DNA of 64,000 bases from an uncultured Gammaproteobacteria bacterium (GCA_964504365.1 CAZDDW010000005.1:1630-65629); one strand, 5' to 3'. Numbered from the stretch's first letter, positions 18,625 to 28,332 are shown. The notes: a model not told the origin generated them from the letters alone. Numbers and translations are program-made.

Positions 18625-19296
18625 GTGATATCACAAAGTATGTCTATTAAACAACAATTAAAAAAGTTACAACGTATGGCAAAACCAAGTAAGGGTTTTA
18701 AGAAAGAGTTGTATTCTAAATTATCTAATCAAATGCCAGCTGCAGAAAAAGCTTCGGTTGGTCTGAAGTATGCTGCAGCCGGAACACTTGGGTTAGTGCT
18801 TCTCTTGGGTGGTACCAGCGCTTATGCATACGGCAGTCCTGAGGTTAGTGAAGGTCACTTCTTACACCCGATCAAAGATGGGATCGAGCGTGTTGAGGGC
18901 GAGTTGCGTGACGGTAAGCCAGAAGGACGAGCCGGACATCATTTGAAAATGATGAAGCGCCGTTTGGACGAGGCTGACAAGCAAGAGTTTGAAGAACGCA
19001 AAGCTGAGTTGCTTGAACGTGCTTCTGAGGAACTTGGTCTAACAGAAGAAGAGCTCAAGGACGCCATGTTTGATCCTGAGCGGCGAGCCGAGATTATTGA
19101 AGAACTTGATTTAGAGAACGAGCGTTTTCTCGGAATGATCGGTCCACCTCCACACATGATGCCACCAGAAGTGTCAGAGAGAATGCATGAGAAGGGTGGG
19201 GATATTATGGAGAACGAAGATCTGAGTTGGGATGAAAAGCGGAACCAGATGCACGAGCGCATGCGCGCGCATTGGGAGGAAATGAATCAGGAATAG
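18625..19296 (+). CDS. putative membrane-anchored anti-sigma factor
   Basis: immediately follows ECF sigma (stop/start abut); single TM AAAGTLGLVLLLGG; charged coiled-coil ectodomain. Confidence 0.5.
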   Translation: MISQSMSIKQQLKKLQRMAKPSKGFKKELYSKLSNQMPAAEKASVGLKYAAAGTLGLVLLLGGTSAYAYGSPEVSEGHFLHPIKDGIERVEGELRDGKPEGRAGHHLKMMKRRLDEADKQEFEERKAELLERASEELGLTEEELKDAMFDPERRAEIIEELDLENERFLGMIGPPPHMMPPEVSERMHEKGGDIMENEDLSWDEKRNQMHERMRAHWEEMNQE

Positions 19297-19384
19297 GGAA
19301 TGACGCCCGCAAGGGCGTCATTTAAATTAAAACACCCCTACCGTTTCGTCCGGTGGGGGTTGTTGTGTTCTTGCGTTCGACGGC

Positions 19385-20119
19385 CTAGTCCTTGTCGTTG
19401 TCCTCGGGGATGAAGTCGACGGCGTACAACCGGACCTTGATGTCGTGTTCTCCGGTTTGCTCGACTTTGACCTCGACTATTCCGGCCCAGGCTTGGTTGA
19501 GCAGCAGGATCAGTTCTGTTGCCTGTTCCAGGTTCTCGAAGCCGTAGTTTTCGAGGTCTCTGAATTTGACCGAGAAGTCGTTGCATCCGCCGCGACGAGT
19601 GTTCTCGATCATGTGACTGAGTTCTTCCGGCAGTGTCCACCAGCCGTCGGGCTCGAGAGGGAACCAGCCCTTCTCTTCGGCAAAAGCCTGCAGTTCTTCC
19701 GGGATGCACTCCATCAGCTCCCGAACCATGTTCTCCCAGATTCGCTCGGCCAGGATCTGATGATGCCACTGCTCGTAGTGGGCGGCGGCCAAAGGCTTGG
19801 CCTTGACGTAGTCTCTCCAGCCTTTTTCGAACCAGTCCTTGAGGAGCTGAAGAGCCATCTGTGCCGGCTCGACTCCAGGTGCCAGTTGGATCCCCATGGT
19901 ATTTTCCAGAGTCTCCTCAGGAGTAAGCCGGGCCGCCCACCTGTTTTCGTTGTCCTTGGACAGGGTGATGGTCAGTTCAGAGCCGTGGGAGAGGACCACG
20001 ATTTCGGCTTGCGAGCACTCGGGATCCGCTGTTTCGGGGTGACGCACGTCGAAGATTGTTTCGGGAGGGAAGACGTATCCAGTAATCTTGCGAACCCAAT
20101 CCAAATCCAATTGTTCCAT
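19385..20119 (-). CDS. paralog A of GC-rich domain-shuffled family (shared N-domain, distinct C-terminal region)
   Basis: AEIVVLSHGSELTITLSKDNENRWAARL matches D AEVVVAGRNVTIELAEITPNSWAAWEV and B ADIVIDDIEYRLCLRLDSGAWRSHVF; GGAG SD; co-transcribed with B. Confidence 0.6.
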   Translation of the reverse strand: MEQLDLDWVRKITGYVFPPETIFDVRHPETADPECSQAEIVVLSHGSELTITLSKDNENRWAARLTPEETLENTMGIQLAPGVEPAQMALQLLKDWFEKGWRDYVKAKPLAAAHYEQWHHQILAERIWENMVRELMECIPEELQAFAEEKGWFPLEPDGWWTLPEELSHMIENTRRGGCNDFSVKFRDLENYGFENLEQATELILLLNQAWAGIVEVKVEQTGEHDIKVRLYAVDFIPEDNDKD

Positions 20120-20158
20120 GATTGTTCTCCAGTTTCTTGGCCTAGAAAGGACCGGTTT

Positions 20159-20791
20159 CTATCGGTTCAGTAGTGCCTGGCGGAAAGCCTCGAGGACCTC
20201 GCGCGCGGGTGTTGTGGAATCAAAGCCGTATGTACCCCAGTCTTCATCTGTCCCAAGTAGCGTGGCCTCCCATGGTCCAATGATCCCGTGTGACCTTCTG
20301 AAGCTGAAGCTCACCAGCTCGTACATTTGGACCGTGACCAGGAAGGTGTGCTCGAGTTCCGGGTGTGGCATGACTCGATGGTCTCCACCTTGCCAGACCT
20401 GTCCGACCAGAGCATCGAGCTCATCGCGGGTGATCAAGGGCAGGGCCGGCACTTCGGAATGGTTGGGCGTCGTCGTTTCCTGTTCTCGTCTATCGAGGGC
20501 AAAGGAGGCCAGTTCTCTGATGGCTCCGCTGAGTATTTCGTAGGGGTTGCAGGAACCAAATTTATCGGGGACGACCGTGGGATCCTCGTCGGTATTTGCG
20601 TCGTTGATGGTTGCTGAGAAGACATGACTTCGCCAAGCACCAGAATCGAGTCGTAGACAAAGTCGATATTCGATATCATCGATTACAATGTCAGCGTAGT
20701 AGGCATCAGGTTGTCCAAGGCAACCAACCTTCTTTACGTAGCTAGTGAAGGCGTCTCGGATCTCATTTTCGAAGAAGTGTGAATTCATCAT
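20159..20791 (-). CDS. paralog B (shared N-domain + shared C-domain)
   Basis: start MMNSHFFENEIRDAF; C-terminal ITRDELDALVGQVW...TTPAREVLEAFRQALLNR aligns with C and D; promoter TTGACA-17-TATCTT at 20847-20875 (minus). Confidence 0.6.
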   Translation of the reverse strand: MMNSHFFENEIRDAFTSYVKKVGCLGQPDAYYADIVIDDIEYRLCLRLDSGAWRSHVFSATINDANTDEDPTVVPDKFGSCNPYEILSGAIRELASFALDRREQETTTPNHSEVPALPLITRDELDALVGQVWQGGDHRVMPHPELEHTFLVTVQMYELVSFSFRRSHGIIGPWEATLLGTDEDWGTYGFDSTTPAREVLEAFRQALLNR

Positions 20792-21035
20792 TGTCTCGGA
20801 TTGTTGCGAGAATTTTATTGTTGAAATGACCGGAAAATTACTAAGCAAGATAACACAAAAATAAGCTCGTGTCAAGGCAAGCAAGCTTATTTGTAGGGTG
20901 TTTCTTGAAATTAAAGAACCCGCAGCGTTGCACTGCGGGTCTGAGCAAAGAAAGGGCCTTGGGGTTGGTCAAGAATACCTGCTCATTGAGATTGTTCGAT
21001 CAGCAATTATTACTAACAAATCTCAAGGTCGCTAT

Positions 21036-21722
21036 CTAGCCCATCAGTCTCTTCTTCAACCCAACCAGGATTTCTCTGGCCGAGGTGCTGTGATCCGTGG
21101 CACTTTCCAGGAATTTGCTCTGTGGCTCGTGGGCTCTCCACTGGCCGAGCGAAACGCTCATCTCGATGGTCATCAGCTCGAACATGAAGACATCGGCCTT
21201 GAACACCGGAGCTGCATCCGCACCTTCGTTCCTGGTAGCACGCACGTCATCGAAGACCTGCCTGACAGCAGTGTCGAACTGCTCCAGGGTCATGGGCGGA
21301 GGCGCGGGCAACTCTTCGCTCACGGGCGCTGCCGGCCGGCTTGCCTTCCTTGGTGCCGGGCTGGTGCTCTTGCCTTCGCGCAACGGGATGCGGGTGAGCA
21401 CACCATCTTCGGCAATCACACCTTCGGGCGTGACCTGGAAGAGCCAATCGTTGATCTGGATGTAGCACTGACGATCACGGTGACCGTACCAGAGATCGAC
21501 TACACCGTAATGGGCCGAAACACTGGCCGCGCTCAGGTACATGTATGGATCGCGGCGGGTTCCGCTGCCTCTTTCGTAAGGCTGTCCGGTGGATCCCTTG
21601 GAGTACCGACGATGCCGCCGTCTGGCGTCGTAGACATGATCCGGTTTGAGCGTGGTCGTCTGACCCTTGTGCGATGCGTGGATGTTCGGGGCTCGTGCTT
21701 GTGTTTCTCCGAAAGTCGGCAT
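21036..21722 (-). CDS. paralog C (distinct Arg-rich N-region, Pro-rich linker, shared C-domain)
   Basis: MTLEQFDTAVRQVFDDVR...STSAREILVGLKKRLMG aligns with D LSLDQFTAAIERVFNDVR...TTPYDVLKALKAKLMG; promoter TTGACA-17-TATGCT 21782-21810 (minus); terminator 20917-20947. Confidence 0.6.
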   Translation of the reverse strand: MPTFGETQARAPNIHASHKGQTTTLKPDHVYDARRRHRRYSKGSTGQPYERGSGTRRDPYMYLSAASVSAHYGVVDLWYGHRDRQCYIQINDWLFQVTPEGVIAEDGVLTRIPLREGKSTSPAPRKASRPAAPVSEELPAPPPMTLEQFDTAVRQVFDDVRATRNEGADAAPVFKADVFMFELMTIEMSVSLGQWRAHEPQSKFLESATDHSTSAREILVGLKKRLMG

Positions 21723-21862
21723 GGCTAGCTCCTTTGATTGGGTTGCAAGAATCGTGTTAGGAATGAACAGAAATAGATATCAGCATAGCATGAATAAGCC
21801 CGTTTGTCAAGGCAATTAAAACACCCCCACCGTTTCGTCCGGCGGGGGCGTTTGTTCTGGCT

Positions 21863-22555
21863 CTAGCCCATCAGTTTTGCTTTCAGGGCTTTGAGCACGT
21901 CGTACGGCGTGGTATCAGCTGACTCGGCGTGGACGCGGGTATTGCTCACAGGCTCGCGGGCCAGCCACTTGCCGTGCCAGAGACTGAGCTCGATGGTAAC
22001 TGGATCCATCATGACCACCTCAGCCATGAAGGTTGTTCTTTCCAGCCTTGGGCCTCGAACGTCGTTGAAGACCCGCTCGATTGCGGCTGTGAACTGGTCC
22101 AGGCTGAGCTTGTCTTGAGCAACCGGCTCAGGCTCGTTCTTGGGCAAGGGCTTGGCCGTCGTACTTGTGGCCGATGCCTTTTTCCGCCTGTTCGTTGGCG
22201 GTGGCACCCAGGGCGTAACCGCACCACGCATTGGTGCACTTGGCTGGGAGGGTCGAGGACTGGGCTGCGGACGTCCACCAAATTCAAGTACTGTTTTCAG
22301 ACTGACCAAAGCCATCCTGGATGACGACTGACCAGAAACCAGTGCTGGGTAAGGGTTGCCTGGAGCAACTTCCCAAGCAGCCCAGCTGTTAGGAGTTATC
22401 TCAGCTAGCTCGATCGTAACGTTTCTGCCAGCGACAACGACTTCTGCTTGAGGGATCCAGTTGCTACCAAGCGCGATGGTGTGTATTGAGACAACGTGCG
22501 CAAAGATCGCCCTGACTTCTGCTTCGAACCACCTGAGTATTTTGCTCTGGCTCAT
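21863..22555 (-). CDS. paralog D (shared N-domain, Pro-rich linker, shared C-domain)
   Basis: start MSQSKILRWFEAEVRAIF; promoter TTGACA-17-TATGCT 22596-22624 (minus); terminator 21815-21855 nearly identical to terminator of A (19335-19375). Confidence 0.6.
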   Translation of the reverse strand: MSQSKILRWFEAEVRAIFAHVVSIHTIALGSNWIPQAEVVVAGRNVTIELAEITPNSWAAWEVAPGNPYPALVSGQSSSRMALVSLKTVLEFGGRPQPSPRPSQPSAPMRGAVTPWVPPPTNRRKKASATSTTAKPLPKNEPEPVAQDKLSLDQFTAAIERVFNDVRGPRLERTTFMAEVVMMDPVTIELSLWHGKWLAREPVSNTRVHAESADTTPYDVLKALKAKLMG

Positions 22556-22674
22556 GATTGATTCCTGTTGGTTGATTGAATAGAACGAAGAAACCAGCAT
22601 AGCAATTTTTGTGCCGCTTGTCAAGCTTATACACTAGTTGTTTAAGCTTGATTATGTTAAACTGAATCCATTGT

Positions 22675-24054
22675 ATGCAGCTCAAACTCTACAACACTCT
22701 CACAAGAAAAAAAGAGATATTTAAGCCAATAACTAAGGGAAAGGTTGGGTTATACACATGTGGCCCGACTGTTTATTGGTTTGCTCATATTGGGAATATG
22801 CGTTCTTATATTTTTGCAGATCTGTTGCGTCGCACGCTTGAGTATAATGATCTCAAGGTCAAGCAAATAATGAACGTGACTGATGTAGGACATTTAACAA
22901 GTGATGAAGATGAGGGTGAAGACAAGATGATTATTGCTATGCGTCGTGAAGGAAAGTCGGCTTATGATGTTGCTGGGTTTTATGCGACTAAGTTTTTTCA
23001 AGATTTGAAGTCGTTGAATGTTAAAGAAGCAACTGAGTATCCGCGAGCCACTGATCACATTAAGGAGCAGATCGATTTGGTCAAGAAATTAGAAGAGAAA
23101 GAATTTACTTATCGCACTGATGATGGGATTTATTTTGATACTTCGAAGCTGAAAGATTATGGCAAGTTGTCTAAGCAGTCGGCTAAGGACAAGAAAGCTG
23201 GTGCGCGGACTGAGATGCGTGACAAAAAGAATCCAACTGACTTTGCTTTATGGAAGTTTTCGCCAGAAGGTGAGAAGCGAGAAATGGAATGGGATTCGCC
23301 TTGGGGAGTTGGTTTTCCTGGTTGGCATTTAGAATGTTCAGCCATGTCTGTTAAGTATCTTGGCATCCCGTTTGATATTCATACTGGCGGTGTGGATCAC
23401 ATTGCTGTACATCATGAGAACGAGATTGCACAATCTGCCGGTGCTTTTGATGAATTGCAGGCAAATGTTTGGATGCACAACGAATTCATCGCTGTTGATG
23501 ACACTAAAATGTCAAAGTCGCTTGGTAATTTGTATTTGGTTGATGATTTAGAAAAGAAAGGTTTTGAGCCATTGGCTTATCGATACTTTTTGCTCGGGGC
23601 ACACTATCGGACAAAGCAGAATTTTACTTGGGAAGCTGTCGAGGCTGCACAGAATGCTTTGAATAATTTGCGCGACGCAGTGCGAGATTGGGACAAACCA
23701 AAGGGTGCTTGTGCCGAGTGTGAGAAGAGGTTCTTAAGCGCAGTTAATGATGACTTGGATATGCCTAAGGCTTTGTCGATAGCTTGGAAATTAGTTCAGA
23801 AAGAAGAAAAGCCAACTGCGGCACGAGCTGCTTCGTTATTAAAGTTTGATCAGATTCTTGGGCTCAGGCTTGATAAATATGTGGCCAAGCCTCTTAAAGT
23901 TCCAACCAAGGTTAAGGTGTTAGTTGAAGCTCGAGAAAAAGCACGCGAAGAAAAAGATTTTGCCAAAGCCGATGAAGTTCGAGACAAGATCGAAGAGGCT
24001 GGGTTTATTGTTGAAGACGCTGCAGACGGCAGCAAGCTGCGCGAGAAACACTAA
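22675..24054 (+). CDS. cysS: cysteine--tRNA ligase
   Basis: class I HIGH (FAHIGNMRSY) and KMSKS (KMSKSLGN) motifs; Zn-binding Cys CGPTVY / HLECS. Confidence 0.95.
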   Translation: MQLKLYNTLTRKKEIFKPITKGKVGLYTCGPTVYWFAHIGNMRSYIFADLLRRTLEYNDLKVKQIMNVTDVGHLTSDEDEGEDKMIIAMRREGKSAYDVAGFYATKFFQDLKSLNVKEATEYPRATDHIKEQIDLVKKLEEKEFTYRTDDGIYFDTSKLKDYGKLSKQSAKDKKAGARTEMRDKKNPTDFALWKFSPEGEKREMEWDSPWGVGFPGWHLECSAMSVKYLGIPFDIHTGGVDHIAVHHENEIAQSAGAFDELQANVWMHNEFIAVDDTKMSKSLGNLYLVDDLEKKGFEPLAYRYFLLGAHYRTKQNFTWEAVEAAQNALNNLRDAVRDWDKPKGACAECEKRFLSAVNDDLDMPKALSIAWKLVQKEEKPTAARAASLLKFDQILGLRLDKYVAKPLKVPTKVKVLVEAREKAREEKDFAKADEVRDKIEEAGFIVEDAADGSKLREKH

Positions 24055-24077
24055 TTTATGCTACAATAAAGCTATCT

Positions 24078-24596
24078 ATGCCTAATCCGTTGCGGAAAAA
24101 TACAGCCGAAGAAGTAAAGCCAGAGGTTGCACCCGTTGCTAAGCCTGAAGTTGAGGTAAAAAAGGAGGTTGCTGAAAAACCAGTGGAAGCGCCTAAGGAA
24201 GTTAGAAAAGACGATGAGGTTGCTGAGGTGTCACGTAAGGCTGCGCCGGCCCAAGCGAAGGATGATCAGGTAAGTGTTCTTCCTGAAGAAGACGCGCTGA
24301 CCGAAGAGGTTGAGGATATTTTAGAAGAAGATTTGGACGAAATGTATCATCAGTTACCACCGGACAAACAGCTTGAATTCAAGACTAAAGGTGAAGAAAC
24401 GGTTGGAATGATTACTCAGATGGTTGAATCAACTAAAGTGAAGAGTGGTAAGATTGTTGGCTGGATCAAGGGTTGGTTAAAGTTGATTCCAGGAGTAAAT
24501 AAATTTTTCTTAGAACAAGAGGCAAAAATAAAAACAGATAAAATTCTCTTACTTGCTGATGAAGAAAAAAAGAAGCGGGGAGAGATGATTGATTAA
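24078..24596 (+). CDS. hypothetical acidic protein with amphipathic C-terminal segment, upstream of T4CP-like ATPase
   Basis: 172 aa; KPEVxxKxEV repeats; overlaps next gene by 8 nt. Confidence 0.5.
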   Translation: MPNPLRKNTAEEVKPEVAPVAKPEVEVKKEVAEKPVEAPKEVRKDDEVAEVSRKAAPAQAKDDQVSVLPEEDALTEEVEDILEEDLDEMYHQLPPDKQLEFKTKGEETVGMITQMVESTKVKSGKIVGWIKGWLKLIPGVNKFFLEQEAKIKTDKILLLADEEKKKRGEMID

Positions 24597-27159
24597 CATG
24601 ATTTTGCAAGCACAATTTGGTATTGAACAAACGGCTGAGCTAGGGTTAGCTCCTGACCTAACTGGTCAGGCCACATCCTTGCTTCCGTTTTTGATCGTTC
24701 TGGCTGTCCTGGCAGTTATTTTTATTATTGTTTTATTTTCAGTACGTGCTTGGTTACGACGTCGAACTCGCGCCCATGGAGCCTCGTTTGAGCGTGTTGT
24801 TATTCTGGTGGCTATTCCAAAGTTTAAGAGTCAAGAAGATACTAAAAAGGAAGGCACACAGGATGTTCAGCAGCTTATTGATGATGCGGAAAGTTTTTTT
24901 GCAGCTGTTGGTGGATTAAAATCTCAAAAGGGAATTGTTAAATGGTTTACAGGTCGCAATGATGCAATGACTTTTGAAATCGTCACCCATGAAGGGCTGA
25001 CTAAATTTTATTTTTCTGTTCCGCGATCGGTAAAAGATTATGTTGAAGAGCAGTTGTTGGCCCGTTATCCAGATGCACATATTGAGGAAATGGAAGATTT
25101 TAATATTTTTAATCCAACCGGAGCGATTGTTGGTAGTTATCTAACTTTCAAGCGCCCATACGCCTTTCCGATCAAGACTTATAAGAAAATGGAGAACGAT
25201 CCGCTGGATGGTCTAACAAATGCACTTTCTAAAGTGCCTAAGGATGCTGGTGTGGCGATTCAGTTTGTTGCTCGTTCAGCGCGGCCGGAATGGCGTAAGC
25301 GTGGTTTGAAAATTGCCCGTAGCATGCAGCAAGGAATGAAAATGGAAGATGCTATTAAGGGTAAGAAGAAAGGGAAGAAGGGTGTTGTTCAGGATCTGTT
25401 TGGTTCAACCAAGCCAGAACAACAAGTCGAAAAAACTCCGTATCGATTGTCACCGTTGGAAGAAGAGGCGGTAAAGGGCCTTGAGGAAAAGGCGTCCAAG
25501 GCTGGTCTGAGTTTGAATGTGCGCATTGTTGCTTCATCACAAAATGCAGCTGCTGCTCAACAAGCGTTAAATAATGTCATTTCTTCTTTTGCCCAATACA
25601 ACGTTTATCAGTTTGGAAATAATTTTTCAAAAAAGGTTCCGCGTTCTGCAAAACGGATTGTCCGTGATTTTATTTATCGACATTTTGATGAGAAGTTTAA
25701 GATTGTTGTTAACGCGGAAGAGATGGCTAGTTTGTGGCACTTGCCACTACCAACCACAGAAACACCGAACATTCACTGGCTTGGTGCTCGCCGTGCATCT
25801 GCACCGCCAACTGTGCCAAGCGAAGGTGATTTGTATTTAGGAATAAATGAGTTCCGTGGAATTAAAAAGAAATGTTACATGAAACGCGCCGACCGGCAGC
25901 GACACATGTATATCATTGGTAAATCTGGTACTGGTAAATCTGTTTCCATGCGCAGCATGATTGTTCAAGATATTAAGAATGGTGAAGGTGTTTGTGTTGT
26001 TGATCCTCATGGTGATTTGGTAGAATCCGTTCTCGGACACATTCCTGAAGAACGCATTGATGATGTTATTGTTTTTAATCCAAGTGATTTAGAACGTCCA
26101 ATGGGATTGAACATGTTAGAGGCTAAGGGTCCGGATCAGATGGACTTTGTGGTGCAGGAGATGATTGCTATTTTCTATATGTTGTTCCCACCGGAAATGA
26201 TTGGGCCATTGTTTGAGCACTACATGCGAAACGTTATGCTGACCTTAATGTCTGACCAGGAAAATCCAGGTACGATCGTTGAAATTCCACGCATGTTCTC
26301 TGACCAAACGTTTGCTGATGGTTGGATTAAGAAGGTTAAAGATCCGGTTGTTCGAGCTTATTGGGAAAAAGAAATGGCCAAGACTTCAGATTTTCACAAG
26401 TCTGAAATGCTTGGTTATCTGATTTCCAAAGTTGGTCGTTTTGTTGGAAACGAAATGATGCGTAACATCATCGGACAATCAAAATCAGCTTTTGATTTTC
26501 GTGAAGTGATGGATAAACAAAAGATTTTACTGGTGAATTTGTCTAAAGGTAAAACTGGTGAGGTCAACTCAAGTTTGCTCGGAATGATTATTGTTTCTAA
26601 GTTGCAGATGGCCGCTATGGGCCGGGCAGACATGCCAGAAGAAGAGCGCAAAGATTTTTACTTGTACATGGATGAGTTTCAGAACTTTGTCACTGAATCG
26701 ATCGCCACGATTCTGTCTGAGGCTCGTAAGTATCGTTTAGATCTGATCATGGCTCACCAGTATTTGGGACAGTTGATTAGTGAAGGTGGAAAGACTGAGG
26801 TGCGTGATGCAGTGCTTGGTAACGTGGGAACAATGATGGTTTGTCGTGTTGGTGTAGAAGATACAGAGGTTTTGGCCAAAGAGTACGAACCAGTATTTTC
26901 TGGGTATGATTTGGTAAATGCAGACAAGTTTACTTGGTACGTAAAGATGATTGTGGATAATTCTACACAAAAGCCATTTACCATGAAAAGTCCTTGGACA
27001 GACAATGGAGACACTAAGTTGGCAGAGTCAATCAAGGAGCTTTCCCGCTTAAAATACGGTCGAGACAGGGGAGTTGTTGAGGCTGATATTATGGAACGCA
27101 CGCAGCTTGGAGCAACGAATACCGCACCTCCGCCACCAACTGGGGAGAGTACGGCCTAG
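24589..27159 (+). CDS. VirD4/TraD/TraG-like type IV coupling-protein family P-loop ATPase (membrane anchored)
   Basis: 856 aa; N-terminal 2 TM; Walker A IIGKSGTGKSV; Walker B FYLYMDEFQNF; C-terminal LDLIMAHQYLGQL motif typical of TraG/VirD4. Confidence 0.6.
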   Translation: MINMILQAQFGIEQTAELGLAPDLTGQATSLLPFLIVLAVLAVIFIIVLFSVRAWLRRRTRAHGASFERVVILVAIPKFKSQEDTKKEGTQDVQQLIDDAESFFAAVGGLKSQKGIVKWFTGRNDAMTFEIVTHEGLTKFYFSVPRSVKDYVEEQLLARYPDAHIEEMEDFNIFNPTGAIVGSYLTFKRPYAFPIKTYKKMENDPLDGLTNALSKVPKDAGVAIQFVARSARPEWRKRGLKIARSMQQGMKMEDAIKGKKKGKKGVVQDLFGSTKPEQQVEKTPYRLSPLEEEAVKGLEEKASKAGLSLNVRIVASSQNAAAAQQALNNVISSFAQYNVYQFGNNFSKKVPRSAKRIVRDFIYRHFDEKFKIVVNAEEMASLWHLPLPTTETPNIHWLGARRASAPPTVPSEGDLYLGINEFRGIKKKCYMKRADRQRHMYIIGKSGTGKSVSMRSMIVQDIKNGEGVCVVDPHGDLVESVLGHIPEERIDDVIVFNPSDLERPMGLNMLEAKGPDQMDFVVQEMIAIFYMLFPPEMIGPLFEHYMRNVMLTLMSDQENPGTIVEIPRMFSDQTFADGWIKKVKDPVVRAYWEKEMAKTSDFHKSEMLGYLISKVGRFVGNEMMRNIIGQSKSAFDFREVMDKQKILLVNLSKGKTGEVNSSLLGMIIVSKLQMAAMGRADMPEEERKDFYLYMDEFQNFVTESIATILSEARKYRLDLIMAHQYLGQLISEGGKTEVRDAVLGNVGTMMVCRVGVEDTEVLAKEYEPVFSGYDLVNADKFTWYVKMIVDNSTQKPFTMKSPWTDNGDTKLAESIKELSRLKYGRDRGVVEADIMERTQLGATNTAPPPPTGESTA

Positions 27160-27210
27160 AATTGTGGTATAATAATTGCAATCGAAACAAAAGAAAACAG
27201 AAATCAAACT

Positions 27211-27828
27211 ATGGATTACGAGGAGGAAGAACTGGAGGGTTTTTCACCTGAACCAGATTTCGAGGATGAATCGCCCGGGGACGGCATTGATCCACGAACC
27301 GAGTTAGCCAAACAAATTTTAACGCAAGTTCACGAGACAATTGGGAACGTTATAAATTTGCTTGAAGGCGGCTCTGTTGAAGCTGGTAGACAGCAGCTGA
27401 CTGATTTGATTACTTCAAAACAAGGTTTGGCTTCTGCAGCCGGAGGAAATGCAGGACAAGTTGTTGAAGGTGTTTTTGATGGACAGAACATGGTTGGTTC
27501 TGATGGTAAGACTTACACAGTGCCAGCAAATTACGCTAGTAAATCTCGATTAGTCGAAGGTGACATTTTGAAGCTCGTTATCAAGGATGACGGGGCTTTT
27601 GTTTTTAAACAGATCGGTCCGATTGAGCGACGACGGGAAACAGGAAAGTTGGCTTATGATGCAGCTACTGGCGGGCATGTAGTAATGGGAGAGGATGATC
27701 AGACTTGGAAGGTGATTACTGCGTCCGTGACATTCTTTAAAGGTGAGCCAGGGGATGAGGCCGTGGTCTTGGTACCAAAGTCAACACCTTCAACCTGGGC
27801 TGCGCTTGAGAACATTGTGAAGAAATAG
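27211..27828 (+). CDS. hypothetical acidic protein with possible OB-fold segment
   Basis: 205 aa; D/E-rich N-term; Gly-rich beta segment VVEGVFDGQNMVGSDGKTYTV. Confidence 0.45.
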   Translation: MDYEEEELEGFSPEPDFEDESPGDGIDPRTELAKQILTQVHETIGNVINLLEGGSVEAGRQQLTDLITSKQGLASAAGGNAGQVVEGVFDGQNMVGSDGKTYTVPANYASKSRLVEGDILKLVIKDDGAFVFKQIGPIERRRETGKLAYDAATGGHVVMGEDDQTWKVITASVTFFKGEPGDEAVVLVPKSTPSTWAALENIVKK

Positions 27829-27854
27829 GGAATGACAGACTTTAGTCTGTCATG

Positions 27855-28300
27855 GTCAGAAACGTAGCGGAACCCTTTAGGGTTCCATTTTGTTTTTGGC
27901 CGGCCATGAGGACTCAGACATTCTTTTTGTGAGAAACACTCGGCCAGGACTAGGTAAAGTGAAAGAAAGATATCAAGGCCTCGTTCGATGTTCCGCCGGG
28001 ACCGCCACCTTTATGTGATTAAACGAGATGATGGTGTGGGCCCGGCTCCACGTGTTCTCTCAAAAAGAATATCCTCGTCCTTTAATATGGCCGGCCACCC
28101 ATCTTGCCGTAAGAATAAAATGACGAAGGGTTTTGAATTGAGGTACGATCGGAGGCCGGGCTGCCAATATTTCTTCGAGGTCCCCACAACGGTAATCGTC
28201 CGGCCGACGCCGAGTGAGGCCCGATATCATCCCTTCATCACACCACGAATAGGCCGAACGCTACCACAATCAAAACCCTGAGTCATTCAGTGGCCGGCCA
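27855..28300. repeat. TIR element copy 2 with fused terminator hairpin and a ~200-bp nested insertion bounded by GGCCGGCC
   Basis: module 27898-28098 matches copies 1 and 3; extra module 28099-28300 ends in a second GTGGCCGGCCAATAAAG end. Confidence 0.75.
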
Positions 28301-28332
28301 ATAAAGTTAAAGACTGGTAAGCTTAAGAGGCC

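Noticed and set aside
19338-20173. Overlapping ORFs 19338..19769(-) and 19445..20173(+) within paralog A
   Set aside because: Alternative-frame or antisense artefacts of high GC. Frame A has family-level similarity to B and D.
20898-21728. 276-aa plus-strand ORF antisense to paralogs B/C
   Set aside because: It is Arg/Gly-rich low-complexity translation typical of a GC-rich shadow ORF. The minus-strand ORFs share recognisable domains with neighbours and have promoters, SDs and terminators.
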